A stretch of DNA of 64,000 nucleotides from the NCBI GenBank assembly GCA_000002435.2, contig CM018792.1; one strand, given 5' to 3'. The stretch is from Giardia intestinalis. Taxonomy: Eukaryota. The translations under genes were made by a program, and so were the position numbers. Under the pieces are notes generated by a model, which saw nothing but the letters and a program-made list of their open reading frames with translations, had not been told where the DNA came from and did no database searches. Within the stretch, counting starts at the first letter, position 1; each line of letters starts with the position of its first letter. Positions 48,594 through 59,210 of this stretch are shown piece by piece.

Positions 48594-51500
48594 CTATTTC
48601 GTTGTGCTTGTGCTGTACTCTATCTCTACGTTATCCAGATTGTTTACGTCCAAGCCGAGAAATCGGGTGACATTCGCGGCTATAGAGACGTTGTTGACGT
48701 CATCCTCATGAGGAACAGCTGAATCGAATATATCTAGCACACAGGACGGAATATTATTGTCAGAGGCTGAAGCTATGGATGAACATTCCCCTAGATACGG
48801 TTGGTTGTGAGCTGTAGCAATGCACGCAGAGGAGCGTGATAAGTGGGCATTGGCTTTTTCATAAAAATGGAGCGAATTTGCGCTACTATTTCTGGATGTA
48901 AATGAGCTATTAGCAGTCCTGGGAGTATTTAAAATTGTCTTTTGAAACTTGACCGCATTTTTCAGATCTGGTAGATTATTTCTATTACTGGGGTTGCCAT
49001 CCAATAATAGTTCAGAATTGGCCGGCTCCAAGTGTAGCGCATTGGACTCTGGCAAGTCGTGATCACGACAGCTTTCTGACGTCTTCTCTTTCCCTGGCAA
49101 AGCAGTGGAGAGAAGCGTCTCGCAATCCGTGCTATCAGAATAGGAAGAGCTTTCCATGCTAACAAAACGAGACATTCTTTCAATCGCCTTGCACTGCATG
49201 CTCATATCAGAAAAGATCCCTGCTAAGGCAGTAGTAGAGCCGTGCTTCCGTAGAGGGAGCTTGTGTCCTTGCACACTGGATACTATCTTTGCCGAATCAC
49301 TCTTTTCCTGTGAGTCCATCCGCAAAATCTGAGAGCTAGTCTTCTGAGAAGGATAGTTAATACTGCCCTTGGCACTTAATTGACCAGATGAAGAGCCTGT
49401 TCCATGCCCTACTTTGTTTGCTTGTCCAGCCCAGATATTGCGTAATTGACTGTGGAGCGCGGCTATTCCTTTTGATTCGCTGGTAGCTGTGTGGAGAAGC
49501 ATTATCTGGTCATTAGTTAGCACCTCACTAGAGTTTTGTCGTAATTGAGCAGGTAATACACTAGTAATTTTCGGATACTCTGGAATTTTGGCTCCACTCA
49601 TCATTGCAGATGAATAACGAACCATCCTGGGACAAGGAGACTCCCGTTGGTCTGCTGGTGTTAGAGCATCATTAACGCATTCTGAGACACTATACCCACT
49701 AGTAATGCTTTCACCTAAGCGCTCTTGAAGGCGTTCTTTAAAGTCAGCCCGAAGATCAGCAGTGAAAGAAGGCGGCGCCTTAGAGAGAGTATTAACTGAA
49801 ACAGATCGAGGAGGAAACTCCAATTGACACTCTGATGCAGTCTTACTTCTAGATAAGCAACAAAGGTCATCGAAAGGAAAAATTCCCGTGCTGGTATGAA
49901 GATCAGCTTTAGAAATAGTCAGATCAACGGGAGTTATAGGAAGCCTAGCAGATAGCGACTGTGAATAACTTGATGAACCTATCAATGACAAGTTATTGGT
50001 GAGCAATGCATCCTTGTTACTTAGTTGGCGCTCTTCTTCAGCAATTGTTGCTAAGCCATTTAATGCAGATGAAATTGACTCTAGGGTAATGCAAGAGTCG
50101 GTGTTAACAGAATAGTAGCATCGCATTGTCTCAGAATCATTTTCAATGAAAGAGGGAACGCTGCTAGGGCTGCTAAGCAACGCGCAAGAGAACTCCATCG
50201 ATTCATCGTGTGGAGGTGAAAGGTTGTTGCTCTTCCTAATAGGTGATGTAGGCTCTGTAGAGTAGGGTTGTATCTCAGTAGTATAAGTAGATGAAGATGC
50301 AGCGGACTCTTCGTGGATATACTGACTGGCAAACACTTTATTCATTCCAGAAGTGGTAAGCTTAATCGAAGCACTCTTATATAAAGATTCGCGTCCTAAT
50401 ACATTAGACAGGCTTATCTGGGTTATCTGGGGGTCGTTAGCTGGTAACGGAGTAGTATTAACAGGATACTGAAGTGTGGTGTGTGAAATGTTCACAGTAG
50501 GACGCTGAAAAGAAAGACAACTAGAGTTGCGCTGTGTTTTTATCGTAGAGTACAGATGCTTAATCCAGGTGAGTCGGCTTATTGTGAGCTTCTCAAAATA
50601 CGGAACGGTAGAAACGAGGCATTCAAGCAAAACGCCCACCTGAATACTCTTGAGCGCTTTGATAAGTCCCCAGATGTTCCCAGCGCTCTTAAGGAGACTG
50701 TTACTGAAGATGTATTCCAGACTTCGTGTGCTCACTGTGGTGGCTTCAGAGTCCTGCAAAGTTGTCATATCATTGAGCAGCCCCAACGAAAAAAGATTAA
50801 ATAACTTAGAAAACGCAACGTGTGTTCCTATCGAAAGCTCCTTGATATTTACCTCAATATCAACGAAGGGATTTATCTCTGTGAAATTGGTACCAGTAGC
50901 ATTGAAAACAGAATGAAATGAAGACTTTCGTTTTGTAGATTTAACCATGCTGTGATCATAATTAGAGATATAAGGCATCACTCTAACAAAAGATGACTTC
51001 CAAGGAATTGTGTTTAGCATAAGGTAGATATCGTCATGTAGTTGGTCAAGAACATTGTCGCCAGCTGCAACATTCATTAAGTCAAATTGGCCACCAGATA
51101 GTTTGCCAGTACTCCAATCAGTATGCCTACTATCATCATTTAAGAAGGTCCTTGGCCTTGCTTTATAGATAGGTAGGTTCGACGTGCTTGAGCAAGCAGT
51201 CTCATAGAGCTTCAGCATTGGCACCTTCTTTATTCTGGAGCCAACTGAGCCACTGCTATCTTGAGCTGAGCTGGTGCTCTCCTCCGATGAAGCCCTGAAT
51301 CGCCCAGCATGTAAAATACCGCTTTGAGATTTGTGCGGCGTGATAGCCTCGTCTGGTTTGGTAGGCTTGGAAAAGGCATTAGAGTTTTCAGTTTTGGATG
51401 ACTGCAAAGCGGCAAGAAGCAACTGCTTGCTATTATGGGGCGTTTGAATAAGCAAACTATAAATTTCATCATTACTAATAGACGATCGTCTAAAGATGTG

Positions 51501-54500
51501 TCTGTTTTCCCGTACAAGTTTGTCTCTACGTCGAACAGTTACCCAGAAGTGATACTTACGCAGTCGAAGACTCATTTTTAGTAGCTCCTCTCCATGTGTG
51601 CTATTTTTGATAAGAAAACGGAGAGCAAGATCAATGCTCTTTCGGATTTCTTTAGAGTCTATGTGTGCCTGAATTCTGTCTAATAGGGTGTTAGAGACAC
51701 TAGCCTTGGAAGAACACATGTGCGATGCAAAGGACAGCGAGTCTGGATAAAGCACACCTGCAAACAGAGTGGATCTAAGACCAGGATCACTGGCTCCAGC
51801 GGGACTATGATGAAGTGATTCTGTGCATTGGTGCATGTCAGGCTTGCCGTCTATATGTTCAGAAGAATTGGCAGATGAGGTGTATTTCGAGGAAAAGTTA
51901 ATAGTGAACAATTGATCAGGAGATGCAGAAAGCGGGAAGTTATTGGCATCAAAGAATGGATGATTGACAACTTCAACCATGGTATATCTCTGCATTGGTG
52001 AAGGAGCCAAGAGCCCGCAAAGAAGGTCCGCAAGAAGGAGGGAGAGGTGTGTAGATATTTGCATGGCTTCTTCAGAAGAGCGTTGAAGAGGCAGCTCCCG
52101 GTGCTTCCCGATAAGGACAGAGTAGAGGGCGACGCCAAACTGCCAGACATCAGATGGCATTCCCATATAAAGATTGGGGGTTGCAGCAGATGGTGTGTTC
52201 CAGACACGAAGGCTTTCAGGTGGCATGCACTGTCGCGTTCCAGCTATGCTACTTAGATATGCTGGAAAGACATGTCTGCTTAGCGGATGATGACATATGA
52301 ACTCGGAGGAACTAAAAAGGACTGTGAGTCGCTCAGCCAATTTATCTTCGAAAATGCTGGATGTGAAGTACGTATTGAGTAACTCAAGCAAAAAATAAAA
52401 ATCTTGAAAGACTTGTGGTTGCATGTCTGAGATCAAAAGCTTGTTGAGGTACCTGATAACATGATGGAGATAGAGCCGCCTTGTAGATGAGGATTTCCGT
52501 GAAAGCACCACCTGACTGAAAGAAAAGTTGCTTGCCTTGTGTACACGTGGTAATCGGCGTGCGAAGGATTTGGAGCTAGCGTCGTGTCGTTGAAGGTTGT
52601 TAAAAGTTAAGGCTTTAGATGTAAGATTTAGTGCACAATGAAGGATGTGTGAGGGTGAGGAGTAAGTTGAAGTATTAGTCTGAATGTCGCTGAGTAGCAC
52701 GGGTCCATTCTTTTCGAGAGTAGAGCAACTAGTTTCTTGATTCCTTGTATCAAGAAGATTAGCTCCATCGGCACCATGAGAGTGGCACTGTCCCATATTA
52801 TCAAGGAGCTGAGAGTCAGAGCTACTTTCGTTATCACTACAAACCAGAGGCTGATTTTCATCTGTGAGTGTAGTTATAAACTGTGTAGTCGAGCTTACGG
52901 GACTAGAGCATATTTCTATGTCATTGGGAGTCATTGATGCCGGTAAAATGAGATCTGAGGTAGTCTGATCCGGTACAAAAAATCTCTCAGTGGTATCTGT
53001 ACAGAAAGTAGACTTTGCAAACGACAATTCAGACGAAGAGCTTGTAGACAGTGTGAACGTTTCCTGCAAGTGACCACATTTTGAACTATTGGTTAGAAAC
53101 GATTTCAGCTCATTGGTACCACCAAAGATCTTTGTTTTGGGACGCAACTTGTCTAAATTTTCACACGAAACGTAATAGTCAGTGTGTAAAATGTTTGGTT
53201 GATGTGAATCCGGTTCATAGCGTATAGTGCTAAAGAAGAAGTCTTCTAGAAATGCATCCAGAAAATCAAAGTTAGTAAGGAGGGATGACCAATTATCGGT
53301 GAATACATCGATAAGGACTTTTATTAGCTCATGCACTATTTTTCCTAGCAAGTCTTGCAATGATGGGAGCACCTTACCGTGAACAGATAGATCTTTTGCT
53401 GTGTCAAAATCGCTTAACTTGGCGACAAGAAAGTACGTGTTTATATTTGAGCGCTTAATAGCGTGCTCAAAGGCTACTCTATTCGTGGAATCAAACTGGC
53501 TGCTGAAAATAAGTGAATAATAAATGTAAAAAGGGGCTATCTTAGCAAACTCTAGCGAGGTCACTGAAGTATCCAGAATAGTCTCCACAGAATCATATGC
53601 TCCCAAGGAAATTGGGGGTATCAAGTGTTTGTTGCAGGAACTAGCGCTGAAATCAGCGTTGGTAGACCTGCAAACCTTTGGTTTGCTCTTAGCTGCCAAA
53701 CTGCGCTTAGTAGATGAAAAAGGATCGTGCTCATATTGAGTGGTGGTTTTAGCTGCGTTGGGTTGTTGAGTACAGGGGCACGGAGACTCGAATTCAGGAG
53801 TTGCTGGTTTGAAAGGCTGTATCCAAGTGCGAAGGCATTTGATGCTATCGGGATCCGAATTGTTTGTATCTAGTGAAGAACACAGATTGTAAAGGTTGGA
53901 GAGGTCTATGCCGTACATTAACGAAGACTTATATGGCTTCTCTGATGTAACTGAGTGAGATGGCGAGTTATCATTGTAATCAATCAACACATTTTCTAAC
54001 TTTATATCATGGTGGACAATTAATAAGCTATGTAGATATTCTAAGCCGTATGCAATCTGATAGAATATTAGTACAATATCCCTCAGACTTAGAGTTTTAA
54101 GATTGGAGCTAAGGTCTTTCATGTGACACCGCTCAATCACATATATAAACTTGTTATTATAGGAATCGATATCATCTGGAGGCCTGATGGCTGAGGTTCC
54201 GTTCACGTCAAATATCTGGCCTAGATGTGTTGGGCTAAGTATCCCCTTTACCATATTGTAGGTGATAGTTTTGTTTGGTCTGGAAAAGGATGTGGAAACA
54301 TGGAGGTGGAGAGAATCGACAGTCAGGTTTTGAGAAGACGAAAAAAGCCCGCCAAAATTGCTGTAAATAACGCCAGCATTGAGCATTCGAGTAGGAGCCG
54401 AGGTATTAACGTCTTCTTGTTTTAAATATGGAGTAGGTACTACAAGAAGATTGAAAAAGACCTCATAAAGCCGAACCACGTTGGGGTGTTGTAACCTGTC

Positions 54501-54875
54501 CATGAGAGATGCCGCAGACCATAAAAATTTATCCGCTGCTTCCTGTGTGCCCAAAGTTTTCGCTAATCGTATTCTGTCAACCATTCTTAGGACAAATGTC
54601 TTACGTAGTACTGTGTTTTCAGCAGTATAAACATCGGCGTAGGACCCCTTCCCGATCTGGTTATGTAATTTGTATTCATGAATAGAAACAGATCCGTCTG
54701 GATAAACACGCGTCCAAATACGATCTCTAGCCTGACCGTGCTTGAGCGGTGGGTAGAAGATAAGTTTGACCATAAATTCTAGGACAGTACGATAATGAGT
54801 AGGAGAACTCTCGGACTCGGTGGAGTTTTCGCTTCGAATAGAGTTGGTAGTAAACAAACCAAAGGAATCATCCAT
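48594..54875 (-). CDS. Giant divergent protein kinase, 2093 aa. The kinase motifs are dispersed over about 900 N-terminal residues with very large inserts.
   Basis: GKGSYADVYTA is the Gly-loop (aa ~75). RLQHPNVVRLYEVF is the alphaC/beta4 region. LIVHHDIKLENVLID is the catalytic loop (aa ~288). KLSDFDTAKDL is a DFG-like motif (aa ~489). PPESL…PSDVWQFGVALYSVLIG is the APE and subdomain IX (aa ~900). A long Ser-rich tail follows. Confidence 0.6.
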   Translation of the reverse strand: MDDSFGLFTTNSIRSENSTESESSPTHYRTVLEFMVKLIFYPPLKHGQARDRIWTRVYPDGSVSIHEYKLHNQIGKGSYADVYTAENTVLRKTFVLRMVDRIRLAKTLGTQEAADKFLWSAASLMDRLQHPNVVRLYEVFFNLLVVPTPYLKQEDVNTSAPTRMLNAGVIYSNFGGLFSSSQNLTVDSLHLHVSTSFSRPNKTITYNMVKGILSPTHLGQIFDVNGTSAIRPPDDIDSYNNKFIYVIERCHMKDLSSNLKTLSLRDIVLIFYQIAYGLEYLHSLLIVHHDIKLENVLIDYNDNSPSHSVTSEKPYKSSLMYGIDLSNLYNLCSSLDTNNSDPDSIKCLRTWIQPFKPATPEFESPCPCTQQPNAAKTTTQYEHDPFSSTKRSLAAKSKPKVCRSTNADFSASSCNKHLIPPISLGAYDSVETILDTSVTSLEFAKIAPFYIYYSLIFSSQFDSTNRVAFEHAIKRSNINTYFLVAKLSDFDTAKDLSVHGKVLPSLQDLLGKIVHELIKVLIDVFTDNWSSLLTNFDFLDAFLEDFFFSTIRYEPDSHQPNILHTDYYVSCENLDKLRPKTKIFGGTNELKSFLTNSSKCGHLQETFTLSTSSSSELSFAKSTFCTDTTERFFVPDQTTSDLILPASMTPNDIEICSSPVSSTTQFITTLTDENQPLVCSDNESSSDSQLLDNMGQCHSHGADGANLLDTRNQETSCSTLEKNGPVLLSDIQTNTSTYSSPSHILHCALNLTSKALTFNNLQRHDASSKSFARRLPRVHKASNFSFSQVVLSRKSSSTRRLYLHHVIRYLNKLLISDMQPQVFQDFYFLLELLNTYFTSSIFEDKLAERLTVLFSSSEFICHHPLSRHVFPAYLSSIAGTRQCMPPESLRVWNTPSAATPNLYMGMPSDVWQFGVALYSVLIGKHRELPLQRSSEEAMQISTHLSLLLADLLCGLLAPSPMQRYTMVEVVNHPFFDANNFPLSASPDQLFTINFSSKYTSSANSSEHIDGKPDMHQCTESLHHSPAGASDPGLRSTLFAGVLYPDSLSFASHMCSSKASVSNTLLDRIQAHIDSKEIRKSIDLALRFLIKNSTHGEELLKMSLRLRKYHFWVTVRRRDKLVRENRHIFRRSSISNDEIYSLLIQTPHNSKQLLLAALQSSKTENSNAFSKPTKPDEAITPHKSQSGILHAGRFRASSEESTSSAQDSSGSVGSRIKKVPMLKLYETACSSTSNLPIYKARPRTFLNDDSRHTDWSTGKLSGGQFDLMNVAAGDNVLDQLHDDIYLMLNTIPWKSSFVRVMPYISNYDHSMVKSTKRKSSFHSVFNATGTNFTEINPFVDIEVNIKELSIGTHVAFSKLFNLFSLGLLNDMTTLQDSEATTVSTRSLEYIFSNSLLKSAGNIWGLIKALKSIQVGVLLECLVSTVPYFEKLTISRLTWIKHLYSTIKTQRNSSCLSFQRPTVNISHTTLQYPVNTTPLPANDPQITQISLSNVLGRESLYKSASIKLTTSGMNKVFASQYIHEESAASSSTYTTEIQPYSTEPTSPIRKSNNLSPPHDESMEFSCALLSSPSSVPSFIENDSETMRCYYSVNTDSCITLESISSALNGLATIAEEERQLSNKDALLTNNLSLIGSSSYSQSLSARLPITPVDLTISKADLHTSTGIFPFDDLCCLSRSKTASECQLEFPPRSVSVNTLSKAPPSFTADLRADFKERLQERLGESITSGYSVSECVNDALTPADQRESPCPRMVRYSSAMMSGAKIPEYPKITSVLPAQLRQNSSEVLTNDQIMLLHTATSESKGIAALHSQLRNIWAGQANKVGHGTGSSSGQLSAKGSINYPSQKTSSQILRMDSQEKSDSAKIVSSVQGHKLPLRKHGSTTALAGIFSDMSMQCKAIERMSRFVSMESSSYSDSTDCETLLSTALPGKEKTSESCRDHDLPESNALHLEPANSELLLDGNPSNRNNLPDLKNAVKFQKTILNTPRTANSSFTSRNSSANSLHFYEKANAHLSRSSACIATAHNQPYLGECSSIASASDNNIPSCVLDIFDSAVPHEDDVNNVSIAANVTRFLGLDVNNLDNVEIEYSTSTTK

Positions 54876-55078
54876 TTAGTACTAACGCGCTGCACACAAG
54901 AAGGACTATACAAAGGTGTCTTCTATGAGATCAAAGGAGAAGTAACAAAGCGCTCGGATTGCCTGAGAATTCTAATATTTACTTGCTAAAGTGAATCAAA
55001 TGAAAGAAGAGATTTTTATGGAATAATTTGGCCTCTCCCTTGAAACATTTAATTGCGATTTTGCCTTCCTGACCATCC

Positions 55079-57559
55079 ATGCGCCAAGAGAACAAGGCTC
55101 ACCGCGCATCTAGTACAGCAAAGAGTAAGGGAAAGGTTCCTGCCAAAGTTCGAGGGGCTTCAGTGAAAAAGACCGACGGAAAAAGCATTCGCCGGAAACT
55201 GTCGAAAGAGGAGGCTAGGCTTCGCCAGCAATCTCAGAATAAGGCTAAAAACCTAACGAAAAGCATGCCGAAGTATATTGCGCTCCTAGCTCTCAGTGCT
55301 GGCATTGATGCTCGCATTGTCTGGGAACAGCTTTCCACAGCCACTAAGTGTGTCAAGGTCCGACTTCCAGATATAGCCACACAGTCTGCTGTCCATGTGT
55401 TTCAAGGTCAGGGCTATATCCCAATTTTTCCTGACATGCCTCACACCGAACTAGGCCTCATGGATTGCATGGACTCTTTAATGCATGCAGACTTTTTCGT
55501 TTTCATTGTTCATGCAGAAGGGGTGAGCGATATGGGCCGTTTAGTCATACAAGCGGCCCATGCACTCCATTTCAATCAACCTCAGGTTGTTCTAGGTCTC
55601 AGCACAAGTACAGCTGTATCTCACGCCCTTGACAAAGCATTTACAGCAACATTTGAAATATTGGGGTGTAATACCGAAACCTTCACAGATCTAGGGATGC
55701 GGCCTGTGAGTGGTAACGCTCCACCTTTATCTGGAATATCAAATCGACAGAAAAAATTCATCAGGGAGCTTTTCCATCCAGATGCACATGTGATTGCGCC
55801 GTATGACGTTTCACGACACGGTGATTCACTGATGCGATACCTTAGCAACACCGTCGTCTCTGTCGAGCAAACCCGACCTGGATGGATAAGCAAGCGCCCG
55901 GTTGTTCCAATAATTGGATATGAGTTCAAGGAGATAGACTCAGAGACACAGGCTGTCCGGTTCGATGTAGTAGGATGGCTCTCTGGTCAACTCCCACTTA
56001 CTGCAAACCAAAATGCTTATTTACAATCGGTCGGGGCATGCAAGATTCTCAATATCGATACAATAAACGTTCTAAATCCTGCATTCCTTTGTGACGATAA
56101 GTATGCTATCTACGTTCGATCATTTCAGCACTTACAAACAAGAAGCAAGGATGCTGAGGGTTGTGAGCAAAGGAGTGGAGTAGCAGCGAAGGAAACGGTT
56201 ATACAGACCATAATGGAGGCCATGCGTGCAGAAGAGGCGTCTGATAGCTGTGATACATTTGACGCGACTGTTCAAGCGCTTGCCAATCAAGAGGAAACCG
56301 ACACAGTCGATGAAGAGAAGATTCAGATGGGCAGTGACTATGATAGGAAGCTTCAATATCAAAGTGACGAGCCTTGGGAGTATCCTGACGAGTTGGACAT
56401 CCACCCTGCATTCGAACTCCGGACGCTTCTTAAGGGCTGGCGAGGTCTCAAGAGCATGAGGACTTCGCCCTGGAGGATTGCAAGTGAGGAGGTTCCTGAT
56501 GGCTTTGAGGGTCTACACCACATTCATCAACCGGTACAGTTTTACGACTATGTAAGAAAACAACAAATTATGGGTGGACTTACAGCACCTGGGAATTTTC
56601 TTCGCATAACATTGGAGTTTATTTCATCCAGTCATAGCCACCTTATTTCTGCAGGAATTTCAGATGAATTTGCACCAAATCTTGAGGATATATACAGTCA
56701 GTATAGAGAGTTTCTGAATACATTGATGGAAAATGTTACTAGAAACAAGACCGTTGGTCTATGCGGCCTTTACTCCTGCGAAAACAAGGACTCAATAGCT
56801 CATGCTACAATGAGTCTCTACGGTCTTCCTAGTACGTTTGGTGTTCCAGATGCTCCACCAATCAAACCGGGAGAAGAACAACCCCTCACACATGAGCATC
56901 CGTTTATCTTATATGTTGGATTTCGCAGGCTCTACACTGTTCCCCTCCCGAGCCAACCTCTTACACCGACGCGGAGCAAGTTGCAGCGCTATTACCATGG
57001 TCAGGAGTCGAGCATCACCCTTTCTTTCGTGTGCCCCATGTTCGTAGAATATCAAAACCTACCCCCAGTTCTTGCTTTTATCAATAAGAGTATCTCACCC
57101 GGATACTGTAGCATCAAGGAAGACTTTAAGTTTTGTGGCTCTGGCAAGCTCACAAGCCTTGACACCTCCTTCATTACGTTGCAGCGGATAGTCCTCGCTG
57201 GAACGCCCTTTCATATATCGAAGCATCGTGTTGTTGTAAGACACATGTTCTTTTATCCTGAGGATGTTAAGTACTTTGCTCCAGTAGATCTTTATACCGA
57301 AAGCAATGTTCGGGGCCGTATTACGCAATCCATTGGGATGAAGGGATACTTCAAAGCATTCTTTGATGGGAAGGTTGATCACAGCATGGCTATCAAACTG
57401 GCTGTCTACCGGCAGGCGTTCCCGACGCTTGTCAGCCTGCGCTTCGACGCGGGCGACATGCTCCTCTTCGAGCCTGTGGCGGAGTTCTTCGTGAGGAGGA
57501 TCGCGGCGACGCAGGAGGAGCTCGCTCGCCTCGCCGCGGCCCCAGGTGGGGACGAGTGA
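55079..57559 (+). CDS. TSR1: Pre-rRNA processing / 40S biogenesis protein TSR1 (Bms1/Tsr1 family, lacking a GTPase P-loop)
   Basis: The C-terminal block HRVVVRHMFFYPEDVKYFAPVDLYTESNVRGRITQSIGMKGYFKAFFDGKVDHSMAIKLAVYRQAFP matches the Tsr1/Bms1 C-terminal domain (…[44 protein letters not shown]…SLYKRVFP). The N-terminus is K/R-rich. There is no GxxGxGKS motif. The length, 826 aa, fits Tsr1. Confidence 0.7.
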   Translation: MRQENKAHRASSTAKSKGKVPAKVRGASVKKTDGKSIRRKLSKEEARLRQQSQNKAKNLTKSMPKYIALLALSAGIDARIVWEQLSTATKCVKVRLPDIATQSAVHVFQGQGYIPIFPDMPHTELGLMDCMDSLMHADFFVFIVHAEGVSDMGRLVIQAAHALHFNQPQVVLGLSTSTAVSHALDKAFTATFEILGCNTETFTDLGMRPVSGNAPPLSGISNRQKKFIRELFHPDAHVIAPYDVSRHGDSLMRYLSNTVVSVEQTRPGWISKRPVVPIIGYEFKEIDSETQAVRFDVVGWLSGQLPLTANQNAYLQSVGACKILNIDTINVLNPAFLCDDKYAIYVRSFQHLQTRSKDAEGCEQRSGVAAKETVIQTIMEAMRAEEASDSCDTFDATVQALANQEETDTVDEEKIQMGSDYDRKLQYQSDEPWEYPDELDIHPAFELRTLLKGWRGLKSMRTSPWRIASEEVPDGFEGLHHIHQPVQFYDYVRKQQIMGGLTAPGNFLRITLEFISSSHSHLISAGISDEFAPNLEDIYSQYREFLNTLMENVTRNKTVGLCGLYSCENKDSIAHATMSLYGLPSTFGVPDAPPIKPGEEQPLTHEHPFILYVGFRRLYTVPLPSQPLTPTRSKLQRYYHGQESSITLSFVCPMFVEYQNLPPVLAFINKSISPGYCSIKEDFKFCGSGKLTSLDTSFITLQRIVLAGTPFHISKHRVVVRHMFFYPEDVKYFAPVDLYTESNVRGRITQSIGMKGYFKAFFDGKVDHSMAIKLAVYRQAFPTLVSLRFDAGDMLLFEPVAEFFVRRIAATQEELARLAAAPGGDE

Positions 57560-57569
57560 ACGAAAGATG

Positions 57570-57640
57570 TGCGCATGCCGGGGCTCGAACCCGGAACGAA
57601 AGCTTGGGAAACTCTCATGATACCCTTTCACCACATGCGC
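57570..57640 (-). tRNA. tRNA-Gly (anticodon CCC)
   Basis: 71 nt on the minus strand: GCGCATG-TG-GTGA-AAGGGTA-TCAT-G-AGAGT-TTCCCAA-GCTTT-CGTT-CCGGG-TTCGAGC-CCCGG-CATGCGC-A. The 7-bp acceptor stem is perfect. The T-loop is TTCGAGC. The anticodon loop has U33, CCC at 34-36 and A37. The 3' end lies 11 nt from the TSR1 stop. Confidence 0.75.
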
Positions 57641-57718
57641 CTGTTCCGCAGCACTACTGAGGAACTCCAATAAGAATATTAGATTAGGTTGCCTGTGTTT
57701 ACTATGTGGATGGCACGT

Positions 57719-58336
57719 TCACACAGCAAGCCCGAGCTGCTCGAGCGCATTCGCGAACGCGCAGATAGGGAGCCCGAGAACGGTGGGGGCATCCCCCCGC
57801 ATGCAGGAAATCCACCGCGCGGCGTGACCCAGACAGGCGAAGCCGCCGGACTTGTCGTACGGCTCCGAGGTAGCAGCATAGGCAACACTGTCCTCTTTTG
57901 GAATGCGTCGGAAATCGACCTCAGTAGAAGCTGTCAAATCATGGCAAACACCAGGGCCTCTCAGTGCGACTGCAGTTACAACTGTACACGTTGATTCGGA
58001 AAAGTCTTCCAAAAATTGAACGCACTCGGCGGGGCTCTTGGGCTTCTCATAGATTCGCCCTTTACAGACAACTATTGTGTCGCAACCTACGACTAGTGCA
58101 CCAGGGCGGAGAGGAACAGCGCCTTCTGCCTTTATCGCAGCCTTCTTGCAAACGAAGGACTCAATACTGTTCGTAGCTGTAAAAACCACATCATTCTCAT
58201 CTGCCGGAGACGGTACAACCTCGAACGTGTATCCAGCGTCCTGGAGAAGCTGCGCTCGTCTGGGGCTTGTGGATGCAAGAACCAAATGGAGCTTCTTCAT
58301 CTCAGAAATTAAGTGGGCACTGGGTCCATCTGCCAA
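57719..58336 (-). CDS. Maf-like nucleoside-triphosphate pyrophosphatase (Maf/Ham1 family)
   Basis: LVLASTSPRRAQLLQDAGYTFEVVPSPADE…ALVVGCDTIVVCKGRIYEKPKSPAECVQFLEDFSESTCTVVTAVAL…SGGFACLGHAARWISCMRGDAPTVLGLP. This is the canonical Maf pattern (LASxSPRR…G.DTvv…KP…). Confidence 0.85.
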   Translation of the reverse strand: MADGPSAHLISEMKKLHLVLASTSPRRAQLLQDAGYTFEVVPSPADENDVVFTATNSIESFVCKKAAIKAEGAVPLRPGALVVGCDTIVVCKGRIYEKPKSPAECVQFLEDFSESTCTVVTAVALRGPGVCHDLTASTEVDFRRIPKEDSVAYAATSEPYDKSGGFACLGHAARWISCMRGDAPTVLGLPICAFANALEQLGLAV

Positions 58337-59210
58337 CGACGTTACTGAGTTGTGCTGAATTTTTTAGGAATCTGCACGCTATTATAACAAATTGTGATCT
58401 TACATAAGCTTCTGAAATATGCTAATGCCAACAAGGCATCCATGAATAACTGCAACTGATTGTTTGCTCTATCACACCAACATGAAAATAGTAAACATAG
58501 ACTAGAGATGACGCACGGATTCCAAAACATGTATTGTAGCGAGATAAAACTGGCTATATAGTGATGTATGCGCGTGTACGCACTTTAATGAAAAACGTTC
58601 TCAAGCCTAATTAGAACACAATTTGCAGGCACAGTGTATTAAGTTCGCTCGCTCTAATTATTATCTACTTAGATGTGGCGTGCCTGCTGCTAGTATTACC
58701 TTTGTATCCTAGCCACTCACTAGTGGTATATACGTCTCTCTTATTTCATTTGCAATCAGCACTAACGCATTGACTATTTCGCACAGCAATCTAGCTCCTA
58801 AAGATCAGCCTACAAATAAGTAAGGACGCTTGATAGTGATTAAAGGAAGATTAGGCAGAAAATTCTTACGCGTCTGTAAGCAAGCATAGTTTGATGCTTG
58901 CACAGCTGCCCATAAAGCATGGTCTAGCATACTAGCAGTTTTAATGCAACGTGTGTTCTTTTTAACATCCAAAGAAGTCGGCTCATGTAAGCTACACTTG
59001 AAAGACAAATTGTAGTGTCCTTAGCATAGTTCTTAAGGCAGAGGCAAAATCTAATGATATCTATGTAGGAGTGTCAGATAATTCTACAAAGGCAGTTATA
59101 GCTAACTTCTGTTGGTTCTTCCTAGAACCTCGATCCATTGGTTTGTTTTCAAAAACTATCCAAGTCATCAAAATGTCTGTTGCTAGAACGCTAAAAATTG
59201 GCACCTTGCC

